The notes beneath the pieces were generated by a model. That model was given only the letters and a program-made list of their open reading frames with translations. It made no database searches and was not told where the DNA came from. A DNA stretch of 64,000 nt from Deinococcota bacterium (GTDB taxonomy: Bacteria > Deinococcota > Deinococci > Deinococcales > Thermaceae): NCBI GenBank assembly GCA_041695225.1, contig JBGFRI010000035.1:73594-137593 (forward strand), given 5' to 3'. Below are positions 50,871-60,384 of the stretch, piece after piece (position 1 is the stretch's first letter; each line of letters opens with the position of its first letter). A program made the translations under genes and the position numbers.

Positions 50871-52268
50871 TCACTTGCCTTCCGAATTATCGGGGTTTTC
50901 CTGATCACCCGGGCTGGACTCGCCTGAACCAGCACCGGAGGTACCACTTCCAGGCGGCGGTGGAGGGGGGGTGGGGGTACGCGGCGGGTTGGTGGGTGGC
51001 GGGGCTTGTCCCGCGCTTACGCTGGCCCAGGCATAGGAGGAGCGGAGCAAGTCCAGATCTTTTTGATCTACCACCCCGTCGCTGTTGAGATCGCCCTCCA
51101 GCTTTTGGGCTTCGGGGGCTGGAGCCGGCTGGCCCTGGGGCTGTGCTGCTGGAGTACCGGCGGGTGGGGTGGGTTGGGTTTGTTCGGCCTGGGAGGATTG
51201 TGCCTGCCCAGGTTGGGGAGGCTGCGCCTGCCCAGGTTGGGGAGGCTGCGCTGGGTTGGGGGAGGTGGGTTGCTCGGTGGGGGTACCCTGAGCAGTACCA
51301 GGGGGGCTGGCAGCCTGGTTTTCGGTGGTGGGAGCGGTGGGGCGTCCCTGATCTCCAGGCTGGCCCTGGGGCGGGGTGGTTGGGTTGTTGGCAGGGGATT
51401 GCGGGGCGGTTGCTGCGGGAGCCTGGGGGGTGGCAGGGGTGGTCGTGTTGGGGGTTGCCGGGGTCAGGCGGCGGCCCCAGTTACGGGCGATGGCCTCGAG
51501 GTCACTAAACCTGAACCGGCCCTCGCTGGCGGTCCGCTCAATGGCCTGGGCATTGCCCGCAAGCCTGCCATTGCGGTCGTAGAAGGCCACCCTGGTCTCA
51601 CGGAAACTTGCATCGGGCCGTACTCTTTTGTCCGGTAGGGGGGTGGCCGTAAAGCGGAAGACTTCCAGGTCTCGGCGGGGTCGGGTGAAGGCCGCATCAA
51701 TATCCAAGAGACCGCTCTCTTCGTTGTAGCGAATTACGTACAGTACGTTGGAATCCGCTTTGAAGCTATCCAGGGCGGTTTTGAGATCTCTCAGGCGAAT
51801 CTGAGCCTGAAATCCCCTGGCCTCTCGGTCACGTACCCGGAACAAATACGGGAAGGGGTCGGAGACCTCAGCCAACGGAAAGACCTGGTCGAGCCGGGGA
51901 GGCGGGGTATCACCGATGTTCAGGGTCACTTTCTGGGTGCGGCTGGAGAGGTTGGCATCCTCTACGCTAATGATTAGCTCAAAAGTACCCCGCTCCTGAG
52001 GGGTGCCACTGATACGCCCGTTGCTAAAACTAAGGCCTCTGGGCAGGCTGCCCTCGAGGTTAAACCGGTAGGGCCGGATACCGCCATCCGCCGTGAGGGT
52101 GGTGTTGTAGGGTTCGTCCACAAAGCCCGTGTCGAAGCGGGCCGTCAGGCGCAGAGGCTGGCGGTTCTGGTCGTTCTGACTGTCCGCACCGCAAGAAACC
52201 AGCATCAGACTCAGGGACAGTAGCGAGCCGGTTAGTGCGACCTTTCCCCATCTGGGCAGCCGGAGCAT
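50871..52268 (-). CDS. lipoprotein with Ig-like (He_PIG-type) domain, P/Q/T-rich linker and dockerin-like motif
   Basis: Lipobox LVSC; GG..PY....G.LP.GL....G.ISGTP; GDLNSDGVVDQKDL. Confidence 0.75.
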   Translation of the reverse strand: MLRLPRWGKVALTGSLLSLSLMLVSCGADSQNDQNRQPLRLTARFDTGFVDEPYNTTLTADGGIRPYRFNLEGSLPRGLSFSNGRISGTPQERGTFELIISVEDANLSSRTQKVTLNIGDTPPPRLDQVFPLAEVSDPFPYLFRVRDREARGFQAQIRLRDLKTALDSFKADSNVLYVIRYNEESGLLDIDAAFTRPRRDLEVFRFTATPLPDKRVRPDASFRETRVAFYDRNGRLAGNAQAIERTASEGRFRFSDLEAIARNWGRRLTPATPNTTTPATPQAPAATAPQSPANNPTTPPQGQPGDQGRPTAPTTENQAASPPGTAQGTPTEQPTSPNPAQPPQPGQAQPPQPGQAQSSQAEQTQPTPPAGTPAAQPQGQPAPAPEAQKLEGDLNSDGVVDQKDLDLLRSSYAWASVSAGQAPPPTNPPRTPTPPPPPPGSGTSGAGSGESSPGDQENPDNSEGK

Positions 52269-52438
52269 GGTTATAGTTTAGGCTTCAACATGAACCTTCG
52301 TTGTGAAAATAGCCTGGATGTTACTCATGGCTGGCAAATAATGCCTAGATTTACGCATAATCCCGGCCCTGGGAAACCTCGAGCCAGGGTTTACTGACAA
52401 GCAGCAGCACAGGGTTAATCTTCTGTATAGTGTGGGGC

Positions 52439-52987
52439 ATGAGTGTTAAGCCCGACTGGTGGATACGTGAAAAGGCCCAGCAAGGCATGATTGAGCCTTT
52501 TGAGGAACGCCTGGTGCGCGATGGGGTGATTAGCTATGGGCTCTCGAGCTTTGGCTACGACCTGCGGGCTGCCAGGGAGTGGAAGATTTTTGCCAACGTA
52601 TTCAATACCATCGCCGACCCCAAGGGTCTCGACCCCAAGAGTTTCGTGGATTTCGAGGGCGATCAGGTCATCATCCCTCCGAACTCTTTCGTGCTGGCCC
52701 GCAGCATGGAGTATATCCGGATGCCCGACAATGTTCTGGCCATTGCCATTGGCAAAAGCACCTATGCCCGGGTGGGTATTGTGGCCAACATCACCCCTCT
52801 CGAGCCCGGCTGGGAGGGGCATGTGACCCTCGAGTTCTCCAACACCACCCCCCTTCCGGCCAAAATGTACGGCGGAGAAGGCGTGGTGCAGCTGGTCTTT
52901 TTCGAGGGGGAACGCCCCGAAGTGACCTATGGTGACCGCAAGGGCAAGTACCAGGGCCAGCGCGGAATTACCTTGCCTCGAATCTAA
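52439..52987 (+). CDS. dcd: dCTP deaminase
   Basis: [26 protein letters not shown] and Y..R.GKYQ.Q. Confidence 0.95.
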   Translation: MSVKPDWWIREKAQQGMIEPFEERLVRDGVISYGLSSFGYDLRAAREWKIFANVFNTIADPKGLDPKSFVDFEGDQVIIPPNSFVLARSMEYIRMPDNVLAIAIGKSTYARVGIVANITPLEPGWEGHVTLEFSNTTPLPAKMYGGEGVVQLVFFEGERPEVTYGDRKGKYQGQRGITLPRI

Positions 52988-53028
52988 CCCGCTGGCGAGT
53001 TCTGGTCGGCGCGGGTAGACTATCCCGG

Positions 53029-53694
53029 ATGCGGATCGCCCTGATTGTTGTCGCCCTGTTGACCCTGGCAGGTATGGCACTGTTCCTGCTTCAGGGAAGG
53101 GGTGGACTTCCCAGTATCGCGAACGAGCGCAGTTTTGGAGGAAACATGGAAGCCCTGCCCTACCAATCAGACCAGCCCGTCACCAGGTTTGCCAGAGCCG
53201 AGCAGGTGATTGACCCTGCCAAATTCGACTACTTCGCCGAGATCGAGACCACCCAGGGCAAGATTGGAATTGACCTTTTCGAAACCGAAGCGCCCAACAC
53301 GGTTAACTCCTTTGTCTTTCTGGCCCTCAATCGTTACTTCGAGGGCATCGTGTTCCACCGGGTGATCCCGGGTTTTGTGGCCCAGACCGGCGACCCCACC
53401 GGCACCGGCACCGGCGGCCCAGGCTACCAGTTTGGCCTCGAGGTCAACCCCAGGCTCAACTTCGACAAAAAAGGTGTGCTGGGCATGGCCCGCACCATGG
53501 ATCCCAACTCCAATGGCTCGCAATTTTTCATCACCTTTGGCCCCACCCCCAACCTCAACCAGCAGTACACGGTTTTTGGCCAGGTGGTGGAGGGAATGGG
53601 CGCGGTGGAGAGCATCGCCCCCACCGAAGGCCCCCAGCGCCGGCCCGACCGCGACCAGATCGTATCGGTGAAGATCTTTGCCAGGGGCAAATAG
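53029..53694 (+). CDS. cyclophilin-type peptidyl-prolyl isomerase, membrane anchored
   Basis: FHRVIPGF..Q.GDP.GTG.GG and SNGSQFFIT. Confidence 0.93.
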   Translation: MRIALIVVALLTLAGMALFLLQGRGGLPSIANERSFGGNMEALPYQSDQPVTRFARAEQVIDPAKFDYFAEIETTQGKIGIDLFETEAPNTVNSFVFLALNRYFEGIVFHRVIPGFVAQTGDPTGTGTGGPGYQFGLEVNPRLNFDKKGVLGMARTMDPNSNGSQFFITFGPTPNLNQQYTVFGQVVEGMGAVESIAPTEGPQRRPDRDQIVSVKIFARGK

Positions 53695-53748
53695 CCTATA
53701 GCTGATAGCTAAAAACTCTGCTTCCGGCTAATAGCTATCAACTATCAG
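53692..53748. repeat. TAGC heptamer tract in inverted arrangement
   Basis: tagcctatagctgatagct ... ggctaatagctatcaactatcagc. Confidence 0.7.
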
Positions 53749-53749
53749 C

Positions 53750-54859
53750 ATGATTCCCGAAGGCACCCGCTACTATCTACCCCCCGAAGCCCGCCTGCGC
53801 CGCGAACTGCAGGAGCGGCTGGCAGGACTGCTGTATGGCTGGGGGTACGAGCCGGTGGAGTTACCTGCGCTGGAAGTCTACGATCCCCAGCACCCCCTGG
53901 CGGAGCGCTCGTTCAAGCTGGTGGACAAGTCCGGCGAGGTGCTGGCGTTGCGCTCGGAGTTCACCACAGCGGTGGCCGGGCTTTTGCGCAGCAACGGTCG
54001 GCTTACCTCTGGTCAGCCAGAGCGAATGCAGTATGCCGGAACCCTCTGGCTGCGGGAGGCCAATGCGGAGTTGGGTCGAAGCCGCGAGTTTAGCCAGGTG
54101 GGGGCCGAGCTGATTGGGGTCTCGAGCCCCCAGGCCGATGCCGAGGTGCTGGAACTGGCCTGGGAGGCATTGCGGCTGATTGGTTTTTCCGAGGCCAAAA
54201 TTGAAGTGGGGCTGCCCGCGCTGGTGCGGGATTTGCTGGATTCGACAGGTTTATCGGAGGTGCAGCAAGAGCTGTTGCGCCAGGCCATCCACCGCAAAAA
54301 CAGCCCCGAACTGGGTTCTTTGCTGAAGGAGTACCAGGTTCATCCCGGTTTGCAACAAGCGATTCTGGCCCTACCCGACCTTTATGGGGGGCGTGGGGTG
54401 TTGGAGGAAGCCCGCAAGCTGCCGCTGGCGGGCCGCGCTCAGGCTGGTCTGGACTGGCTCGAGGCCGTCCTGGCCCTGCTGCCCGAGGTGCCCCTGCTCC
54501 TCGACCTGGGCCGGGCCCGGCTCCTGACCTTTTACACCGGTCTCAATTTCCAGGCCTACACCCCCGACTTTGGCCTGCCCCTGCTGGGCGGGGGCCGCTA
54601 CGATGGGGCCATGCTGCCCTATGCGGCGGGTTTTGCCCTGGGGTTGGAGCGGGTGATCGAGGCCCTGCGTCCGCCCTTTTCCGCCACACCCCCCGAGGTA
54701 CTGGCGCTGGATCGGGCCATGGCCCGACGCCTGCGGGCTGAAGGCAGGCGGGTCGAGCTGGCCTGGACGACTGACCTGAAAGATTTGCGCGAATATGCCC
54801 TGGAAAAGGGCATCCGCTGGCTGGCGCGGGAAGGGAGGCTCGAGGAAGTACAGACGTAA
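53750..54859 (+). CDS. hisZ: ATP phosphoribosyltransferase regulatory subunit
   Basis: P.G.R..LP.EA, LALR.EFT, REF.Q.G.E..G and GGGRYD; no anticodon-binding domain. Confidence 0.88.
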   Translation: MIPEGTRYYLPPEARLRRELQERLAGLLYGWGYEPVELPALEVYDPQHPLAERSFKLVDKSGEVLALRSEFTTAVAGLLRSNGRLTSGQPERMQYAGTLWLREANAELGRSREFSQVGAELIGVSSPQADAEVLELAWEALRLIGFSEAKIEVGLPALVRDLLDSTGLSEVQQELLRQAIHRKNSPELGSLLKEYQVHPGLQQAILALPDLYGGRGVLEEARKLPLAGRAQAGLDWLEAVLALLPEVPLLLDLGRARLLTFYTGLNFQAYTPDFGLPLLGGGRYDGAMLPYAAGFALGLERVIEALRPPFSATPPEVLALDRAMARRLRAEGRRVELAWTTDLKDLREYALEKGIRWLAREGRLEEVQT

Positions 54860-54886
54860 AAAAGCACTCCCACCAGGGGGAGTGCC
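54857..54886 (-). terminator. terminator between convergent hisZ and psrC
   Basis: GCACTCCC/GGGAGTGC stem with an A run on the + side. Confidence 0.7.
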
Positions 54887-54900
54887 CGCTAAAGTCAGGT

Positions 54901-55695
54901 TTAGAGCCCAGGGGCCTGAATCTGACCTACCTGCACCAGCATCCAGCGCAACCCCACCGCCCCGGCCAGGCCCAGCCCAGCCGCCAGGCGCGGGTTGCGG
55001 AACAGTACCAGCGCAACCGCCACCAGCACCCCGGCTGTCGCGTAGACCAGCAGCCCTTCGCGCATGAAGTGTTCTCGAGCTTCGCCCTGCAGGGTGAGGG
55101 GGTAGGCCACTAGCAAGGCCACTGTTACCGCTGCGGCCATGACCTCCCAGCGCCTGGCCCAGGCACTGCCTAACAGCATCGCAACCGCCAGCACCATCAG
55201 CAGGGCGGTGACTGGGAAGATGACCAGCATCATCTCATTCCACACCGGGCGGTTTTCGTTGACCACCAGGGCGATACCGGGGTAGGCCAGCGCAACCAGG
55301 CCGCCCACCAGCATGACTGTGCCCAGCAACATCTCGGGGATGCGCTTTAGCAGCGGCACCCAGGTCTTGAGCAGGATAAGCCCTACTGACGCAAGGGCAG
55401 AGGAGAGGCCCCAGGTGCCCCACCAGATGGGGGCCCTCGGCTCAAAGCTGAGGAAAAGCCAGAACTGGCTGAAGTACCACCGGGCCGACGAGCCCGCCCA
55501 GAGCACAAACATATCCAGCAGGATGAAGAGGCCGGCCAGCCACAGGTACCGGTTGCGGTCGGGATGCTGGCGCAGGGTCAGGATAGCCGCCAGCACGGCC
55601 ATACCGCCGGCCAGCCCCACCAGCACGTAGTGAAGCGTTTTTAGCCCGGTCCAGAAGGGCTCGGTGTTGGGGATGCCGTAGAAGAACTCGCTCAT
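54901..55695 (-). CDS. psrC: polysulfide reductase membrane anchor (NrfD family)
   Basis: About 8 TM segments; N-terminus MSEFFYGIPN.E.FW like Thermus PsrC. Confidence 0.85.
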   Translation of the reverse strand: MSEFFYGIPNTEPFWTGLKTLHYVLVGLAGGMAVLAAILTLRQHPDRNRYLWLAGLFILLDMFVLWAGSSARWYFSQFWLFLSFEPRAPIWWGTWGLSSALASVGLILLKTWVPLLKRIPEMLLGTVMLVGGLVALAYPGIALVVNENRPVWNEMMLVIFPVTALLMVLAVAMLLGSAWARRWEVMAAAVTVALLVAYPLTLQGEAREHFMREGLLVYATAGVLVAVALVLFRNPRLAAGLGLAGAVGLRWMLVQVGQIQAPGL

Positions 55696-56273
55696 AATTG
55701 TGCCTCCTTACGGGTGAGTCCCTGCTTGGAGGGCGGGTTGACATAGATGACTTTGGGTTTGAGGCCCAGTTCGGGGCGCAGCACATGGCCCTGCCCTGCG
55801 GCCTGGATGGCCTTGTTGATATCACTATCTGGATCGTCGAGGTCGCCAAACACTCGAGCGTAAGTGGGGCAGGTGGTTACGCAGGCCGGCTCCTCGTTTC
55901 TGGCCAGACGGTGGGCGCAGAAGGTGCACTTCTCAACGTAGCCAGCCTTGCTAATGAAGCGGGCATCGTAGGGGCAGGCCGCCACACAGGCCGAGCAGGC
56001 GATGCACTTGTGGTAGTCCACCAGCACCAGGCCCTCTTCGTTCTGGTAGGTCGCGCCGGTGGGGCAGACCGGGACACAGGGCGGGTTCTCGCAGTGGGCG
56101 CACTGCTCGGGGCGGTACTCCACGGTCAGGTTGGGAAAGGTGCCCATCTCGCGTTCGCGAATCCACAGCCTCGAACCACCGACAGGCACTTCATTTTCCA
56201 TCTTGCAGGCCACCGAACAGGCTGCACAGCCCACGCAGGCCTTAAGGTCAATTAGCATTGCCAGGCGCGCCAT
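55692..56273 (-). CDS. psrB: polysulfide reductase 4x[4Fe-4S] subunit
   Basis: CVGCAACSVAC, CAHCENPPCVPVCP, CIACSACVAACP and CTFC...C...CP. Confidence 0.92.
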   Translation of the reverse strand: MARLAMLIDLKACVGCAACSVACKMENEVPVGGSRLWIREREMGTFPNLTVEYRPEQCAHCENPPCVPVCPTGATYQNEEGLVLVDYHKCIACSACVAACPYDARFISKAGYVEKCTFCAHRLARNEEPACVTTCPTYARVFGDLDDPDSDINKAIQAAGQGHVLRPELGLKPKVIYVNPPSKQGLTRKEAQL

Positions 56274-56274
56274 A

Positions 56275-58572
56275 CTAACCCCTCCTCTCGCGGATGATCT
56301 GGACTACGCTCCTGAGCCTGGGACGCGGAGCCTTTTCCAGTCTGACAAAGTTGTTACGTAAACCAGCTCCGCCGGAGATCCTGTCCAGGGTGTAATGGTT
56401 CTGGAGATGGGCATCGCAGGCCCCCCGCCCGTAAGCCAGGCTCAACCCCTTGCCCTTGTGCCCAAAACCGTGGGTAATGTATACCGCGTCTTTACGTATG
56501 CGCTCTGTAACCCGAACCGGCAGTGGCCCTTCGCGCATTCCGTCGGGATTGATCATGAATGCCCAGTCGCCCCGCTTGAAGCCCAGCCGCGCTGCCTCTT
56601 CGGTGTTGAGCCAGACTGCATTGGTAGATTCCTGCTCCATTAGCACGGGGTTGTTCTGGGTACGGGCAAAAGTATGTACGGGGCTGCGGCCATACAGTAG
56701 TCGGTAATAGCCCTGGGGTACGGGCTGGGGTTCCTCGTACTTTGGCAAGGGGTCAAAACCAGCTGCTGCAAAGGCTTCAGAGTAGATTTCAATCTTGCCG
56801 GATGTAGTGTTGAAGGGCAGGCGACCCTCTTTTTCCCAGTCGGTAAGCCAGGGTCGGCCGCGCTGCACCATAGTACCCATCTGGCGCATGGTCTCGAGGT
56901 CAAGCCCAACCGACATAAGCCTGGTATTGAGGTATTCTTCGAAAGTTTGCCAGGGGAAGAACTGCTCGAGGCCGATCCGCTTGCCCAGTTCTCTGGCAAT
57001 CCACCAACCAGGCTTGGTATCCCAGAGCGGTTCGTGTGCTGGGAAGCGGGCCTGTACGAAGGGGGTTTTGTGGGCAACCGTGACGAAATCGTCGTAGCGC
57101 TCGAGGAAGGTAGCCTCGGGCAGGATCACATCGGCCCACATCACGTGCTCCTTGGGCAGCACGTCAATGGCCACGTATAAGTCGAGGTTCTTTATCGCCT
57201 CCCTGGTGCGCGGCACATTGGGAATGGTATGAAACATGCTGATCCCGTAGGCAAACAGGCCCCTGATGGGATAGGGCTTGCCGGTGATCATGGGCTCGAT
57301 CAGCTCCTGGATCGCGGTGGACTGGGCAAAGAACTTACCAGCATCAGCGCGGGGTCTAAAACCCTCGGGCTGCTCAGTGACGGCGGCAGGGCCGGCACAT
57401 CCACCTGCGGCTGGCACCAGGGGCAGCGGGGGTGTGGGGAAGGCCTCGAGGAAGGGCGGCATGGCAATATAAAAGCCGCCCTCGCGTCCGTAGTTGCCCA
57501 GCAACACGTTGAGAATATACGAAGCCCGCATGCGCTGGGTATCGTTACCATACCAGACCGTGTGCCGAGTGGGAGGCAGGATGGCCCTGGGCTTTTGTGC
57601 TGCCATCTCGCGAGCTACATCGCGAATCACTCCGGCTGGGATCTCGGTGATCTGCTCCGCCCACTCGGGGGTGAAGTCTTTGACATGCGGGATCAGTTTG
57701 TCCATGCCCAGGGTGTACTTCTCTACATATTCGCGGTCGTAGAGGTTTTCACTTACCAGTACATGAATCCAGGCCAGTAACAGGGCGGTGTCTGTACCAG
57801 GCTTGATCGGCAGCCACCGATCGGCCTTAGCAGCAGCAGTTGAGAATCGTGGATCAACTACTACTAACTTGGCCCCGTTTTTCCGGGCCTCACTGAACTC
57901 CTGCAACTGGGTGTTGTGGGTATCTTCACCAATATGGTGCCCGATCAAGACAATGTACTTGCTGTTGGGCCAGTCAATGGGCTCGTGCCCGCCAATGGCT
58001 CGGCCAAAGGTGTACTGTGCGGCCACCTCGCGCGGGGCGGTGCAGAGCGAGACCGAAGGCTTGGCCGCATTGGGGCTGCCCCAGGCCGCAGGCAGAAAGT
58101 CCACAAACCAGAAATCGCCGGTTCCGTGCCCAAAGAAAGCGATACTCTCGGTACCGTGGCTCTCCTTCAGAGCCAGCATTTTTTTGGCGATATAGTCCAG
58201 GGCCTCTTCCCAGCTGGCCTCACGGTACTGGCCCGAGCCTCGCTCAGAGCCCTCCACCCGGATCAAGGGTTTTTTCAACCGGTCAGGGTCATAGGTCTGG
58301 GCAGGCGCGCCCTGTCCCCGCGGGCAGAGCATACCCCGGCTTTTGGGGTTTTCTTTGTAGCCATCAGCTTTGTAGACCCGGTTTCCCACCACACTGACCT
58401 TGACACCACAGCGCCAGAAGCAGTTCTCACAGATGGAATAGACGGTTTTGACCTCTTTGTGGTACCAGGGGCTGGCCTTGGCCCGGTTGGACATTACAGC
58501 CACGCCGCCCACCCCCATCGCACCTACGGCAGCAGCCGATAGCTTGATAAAGCTACGCCTTTGTAGTTTCAC
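56275..58572 (-). CDS. psrA: Tat-exported molybdopterin polysulfide/thiosulfate reductase catalytic subunit
   Basis: RRSFIK signal; CENCFWRC...C FS0 motif; SLC Mo-ligand region; AD..LP...FLER. Confidence 0.9.
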   Translation of the reverse strand: MKLQRRSFIKLSAAAVGAMGVGGVAVMSNRAKASPWYHKEVKTVYSICENCFWRCGVKVSVVGNRVYKADGYKENPKSRGMLCPRGQGAPAQTYDPDRLKKPLIRVEGSERGSGQYREASWEEALDYIAKKMLALKESHGTESIAFFGHGTGDFWFVDFLPAAWGSPNAAKPSVSLCTAPREVAAQYTFGRAIGGHEPIDWPNSKYIVLIGHHIGEDTHNTQLQEFSEARKNGAKLVVVDPRFSTAAAKADRWLPIKPGTDTALLLAWIHVLVSENLYDREYVEKYTLGMDKLIPHVKDFTPEWAEQITEIPAGVIRDVAREMAAQKPRAILPPTRHTVWYGNDTQRMRASYILNVLLGNYGREGGFYIAMPPFLEAFPTPPLPLVPAAGGCAGPAAVTEQPEGFRPRADAGKFFAQSTAIQELIEPMITGKPYPIRGLFAYGISMFHTIPNVPRTREAIKNLDLYVAIDVLPKEHVMWADVILPEATFLERYDDFVTVAHKTPFVQARFPAHEPLWDTKPGWWIARELGKRIGLEQFFPWQTFEEYLNTRLMSVGLDLETMRQMGTMVQRGRPWLTDWEKEGRLPFNTTSGKIEIYSEAFAAAGFDPLPKYEEPQPVPQGYYRLLYGRSPVHTFARTQNNPVLMEQESTNAVWLNTEEAARLGFKRGDWAFMINPDGMREGPLPVRVTERIRKDAVYITHGFGHKGKGLSLAYGRGACDAHLQNHYTLDRISGGAGLRNNFVRLEKAPRPRLRSVVQIIRERRG

Positions 58573-59092
58573 GCTTCACCTCTTCTAAAACTTGAAGTAA
58601 AAACCCCGCAACACTGCTGTAGAAACGGGTGGTGTCTGCTTCCTGCAGGGCTGGGGTATAGCGCTTGAGCCAGGGGTATAAATACTCCAGGGCCAGGCTT
58701 TGGGCTAACGCCGGCTTGGTCTCGAGCAGAGCCATGGCCTCGCCTACCACGGCCAGGTGGTCGGGCAGATCGCGCCAGTCGGGAGAGGTCTCGAGGCCGG
58801 CGGTCTGGTAGAGCTCGAGCAGACGATCAAAACCATCCCCGAACAGCTTTTCGTCCAGGGCCATCCCCACATAGGGGGGGCAGGGCAGTCCAGCCGGATT
58901 GGTTACGAACAGACGGGTATAGGTGGTCTGCAGATCAATCATTTCAGCCCGAGGAAGCTCAGGTGGCGTCAGACCCTTTATCTCGGCCATTTCTGCAATG
59001 GCAGCCTGCAACGAGCCCGAGGTCAGATCCTGCTCGAGGGCAGCCCTGGGCGGTGCAAAAGTGGCCGCGGTAACCCAGCCAAGTAGTTGCAT
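58553..59092 (-). CDS. TorD/DmsD family redox enzyme maturation chaperone
   Basis: Y.RLF, PPY and LPDHL motifs. Confidence 0.85.
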   Translation of the reverse strand: MQLLGWVTAATFAPPRAALEQDLTSGSLQAAIAEMAEIKGLTPPELPRAEMIDLQTTYTRLFVTNPAGLPCPPYVGMALDEKLFGDGFDRLLELYQTAGLETSPDWRDLPDHLAVVGEAMALLETKPALAQSLALEYLYPWLKRYTPALQEADTTRFYSSVAGFLLQVLEEVKRETTKA

Positions 59093-59136
59093 ACGGTACC
59101 TCCTGCCCCCAAAATAGGGCTTTTGCCGGAACCGTT

Positions 59137-59177
59137 GGTCAGGCAGGGTCTGACAGGGCAGTCAGAAGAATTCCTAC
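59137..59177 (-). promoter_or_regulatory. 41-bp double-palindrome activator box upstream of torD-psrABC
   Basis: 35/41 identical to 59733-59773. Confidence 0.75.
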
Positions 59178-59201
59178 GCCCGACCAGGGAAGTATCGCGG
59201 C

Positions 59202-59228
59202 AAAAACAACCCCCTTGGAAGGGGGTCG
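59202..59228 (-). terminator. terminator after the rhodanese gene
   Basis: ACCCCCTT/AAGGGGGT stem followed by TGTTTTT on the minus strand. Confidence 0.7.
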
Positions 59229-59255
59229 TATCAGGGGGATTGCGTAGAGGCCAGA

Positions 59256-59687
59256 TTACGGTCTCACAACCGGCAGATTGGCGGCAGTCCAGGCGTTCAG
59301 GCCGCCCATCAGGCTGCGGGCGTTGTAGCCCTGGCCGCGCAGGAAGGGGAGTGCCAGTGCGCCACGGTGTCCGATGCGGCAGTAGACGATGATGGGTCTG
59401 TCCCTGGGCACCTTGGCGATGTTGGCGGGAAGGGTGCGCAGGGGGATGTTGACAGCCCCGGCAATGTGGCCTTCGCGGAACTCGGCAACTTCGCGGATGT
59501 CGAGGATGAAGGGCTGGATGGCGTCAATCTGGGCTTTGGCTGCGGCGGGTGCTACACCGTGCCAGTCAGCGGGCAGCGTGGAGATGAAGGTGCCGACTTC
59601 GCGAACGGTGAGGGCGGAGAAGTTGGCGGACTGAGCCAGAACGGGAACCAGGGCAAGCAGCAGAACCAGGAGCATCTTGTGTTTCAT
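59256..59687 (-). CDS. exported single-domain rhodanese (Sud-like sulfurtransferase)
   Basis: Signal VLA-Q; LDIRE..EF..GHI.GA, active loop CRIGHR and L.GG..AW. Confidence 0.9.
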   Translation of the reverse strand: MKHKMLLVLLLALVPVLAQSANFSALTVREVGTFISTLPADWHGVAPAAAKAQIDAIQPFILDIREVAEFREGHIAGAVNIPLRTLPANIAKVPRDRPIIVYCRIGHRGALALPFLRGQGYNARSLMGGLNAWTAANLPVVRP

Positions 59688-59732
59688 GTCACTTCCTCCT
59701 GTCTCTAAGCTAAGTCAACCCCTGGTTCCCAA

Positions 59733-59773
59733 GGTCAGGGAAGGTCTGACAGCAACGTCAGAAGAATTCCTAC
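59733..59773 (-). promoter_or_regulatory. 41-bp double-palindrome activator box upstream of rhodanese
   Basis: 35/41 identical to 59137-59177. Confidence 0.75.
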
Positions 59774-60384
59774 ACCAACCCGTGGTTCCTGGCCCACTGC
59801 ACCAGCTCGGGCTGCGAGTCCAGGCCCAGCTTGTCCAGTGCGCGGCTCTTATAGGTTGCAGCAGTCTTGACCGAGATGGACAGCTTTTCGGCGGCTTGGC
59901 TGAGGTTGTAGCCCTGGGCCAGCAGCGCTACGACCGCTCGCTCCCGTTGCGAAAGCATCTCTGGGGTAGGCTGGCTTACGTGTTCAGCCAGACGTGGGGC
60001 CAACAAGGGGTGCAGGTAGCGCTCTCCCCTGGCAATCGCCGCTACCGCATCCAGCAAGTCTCGATCCACGGCGCGTTTGGGCAGGTAGCCGCTGGCTCCC
60101 CTTGCAAAAGCCTCTGCGATGTACTCGGTTTCTTCATGCATGGAAAGCACCAGCACCCTGGCAAAGTCCCGCAGTTTGGGCAAGGCTTGTATCCCGGGCA
60201 TGCCTGCCAGGTTGAGATCGAGCACCACCAGATCGGGCAGGTCGCTGGTAGGGATATCGGACAGCCTTGCCAGCGCATCCTCGGCTCGATCAAATTCGGC
60301 TTCAACCAGGTGGTCGGCGGACTCGAGCACCAGACGCAGGCCCGTGCGGATCAGGGCATGGTCTTCAATTAGCACCACTTTCAT
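59770..60384 (-). CDS. NarL/NreC family response regulator
   Basis: EDH, LDLNL, SM and GYLPK receiver motifs; LS.RE..V...A..L.IS.KT LuxR HTH. Confidence 0.93.
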   Translation of the reverse strand: MKVVLIEDHALIRTGLRLVLESADHLVEAEFDRAEDALARLSDIPTSDLPDLVVLDLNLAGMPGIQALPKLRDFARVLVLSMHEETEYIAEAFARGASGYLPKRAVDRDLLDAVAAIARGERYLHPLLAPRLAEHVSQPTPEMLSQRERAVVALLAQGYNLSQAAEKLSISVKTAATYKSRALDKLGLDSQPELVQWARNHGLV

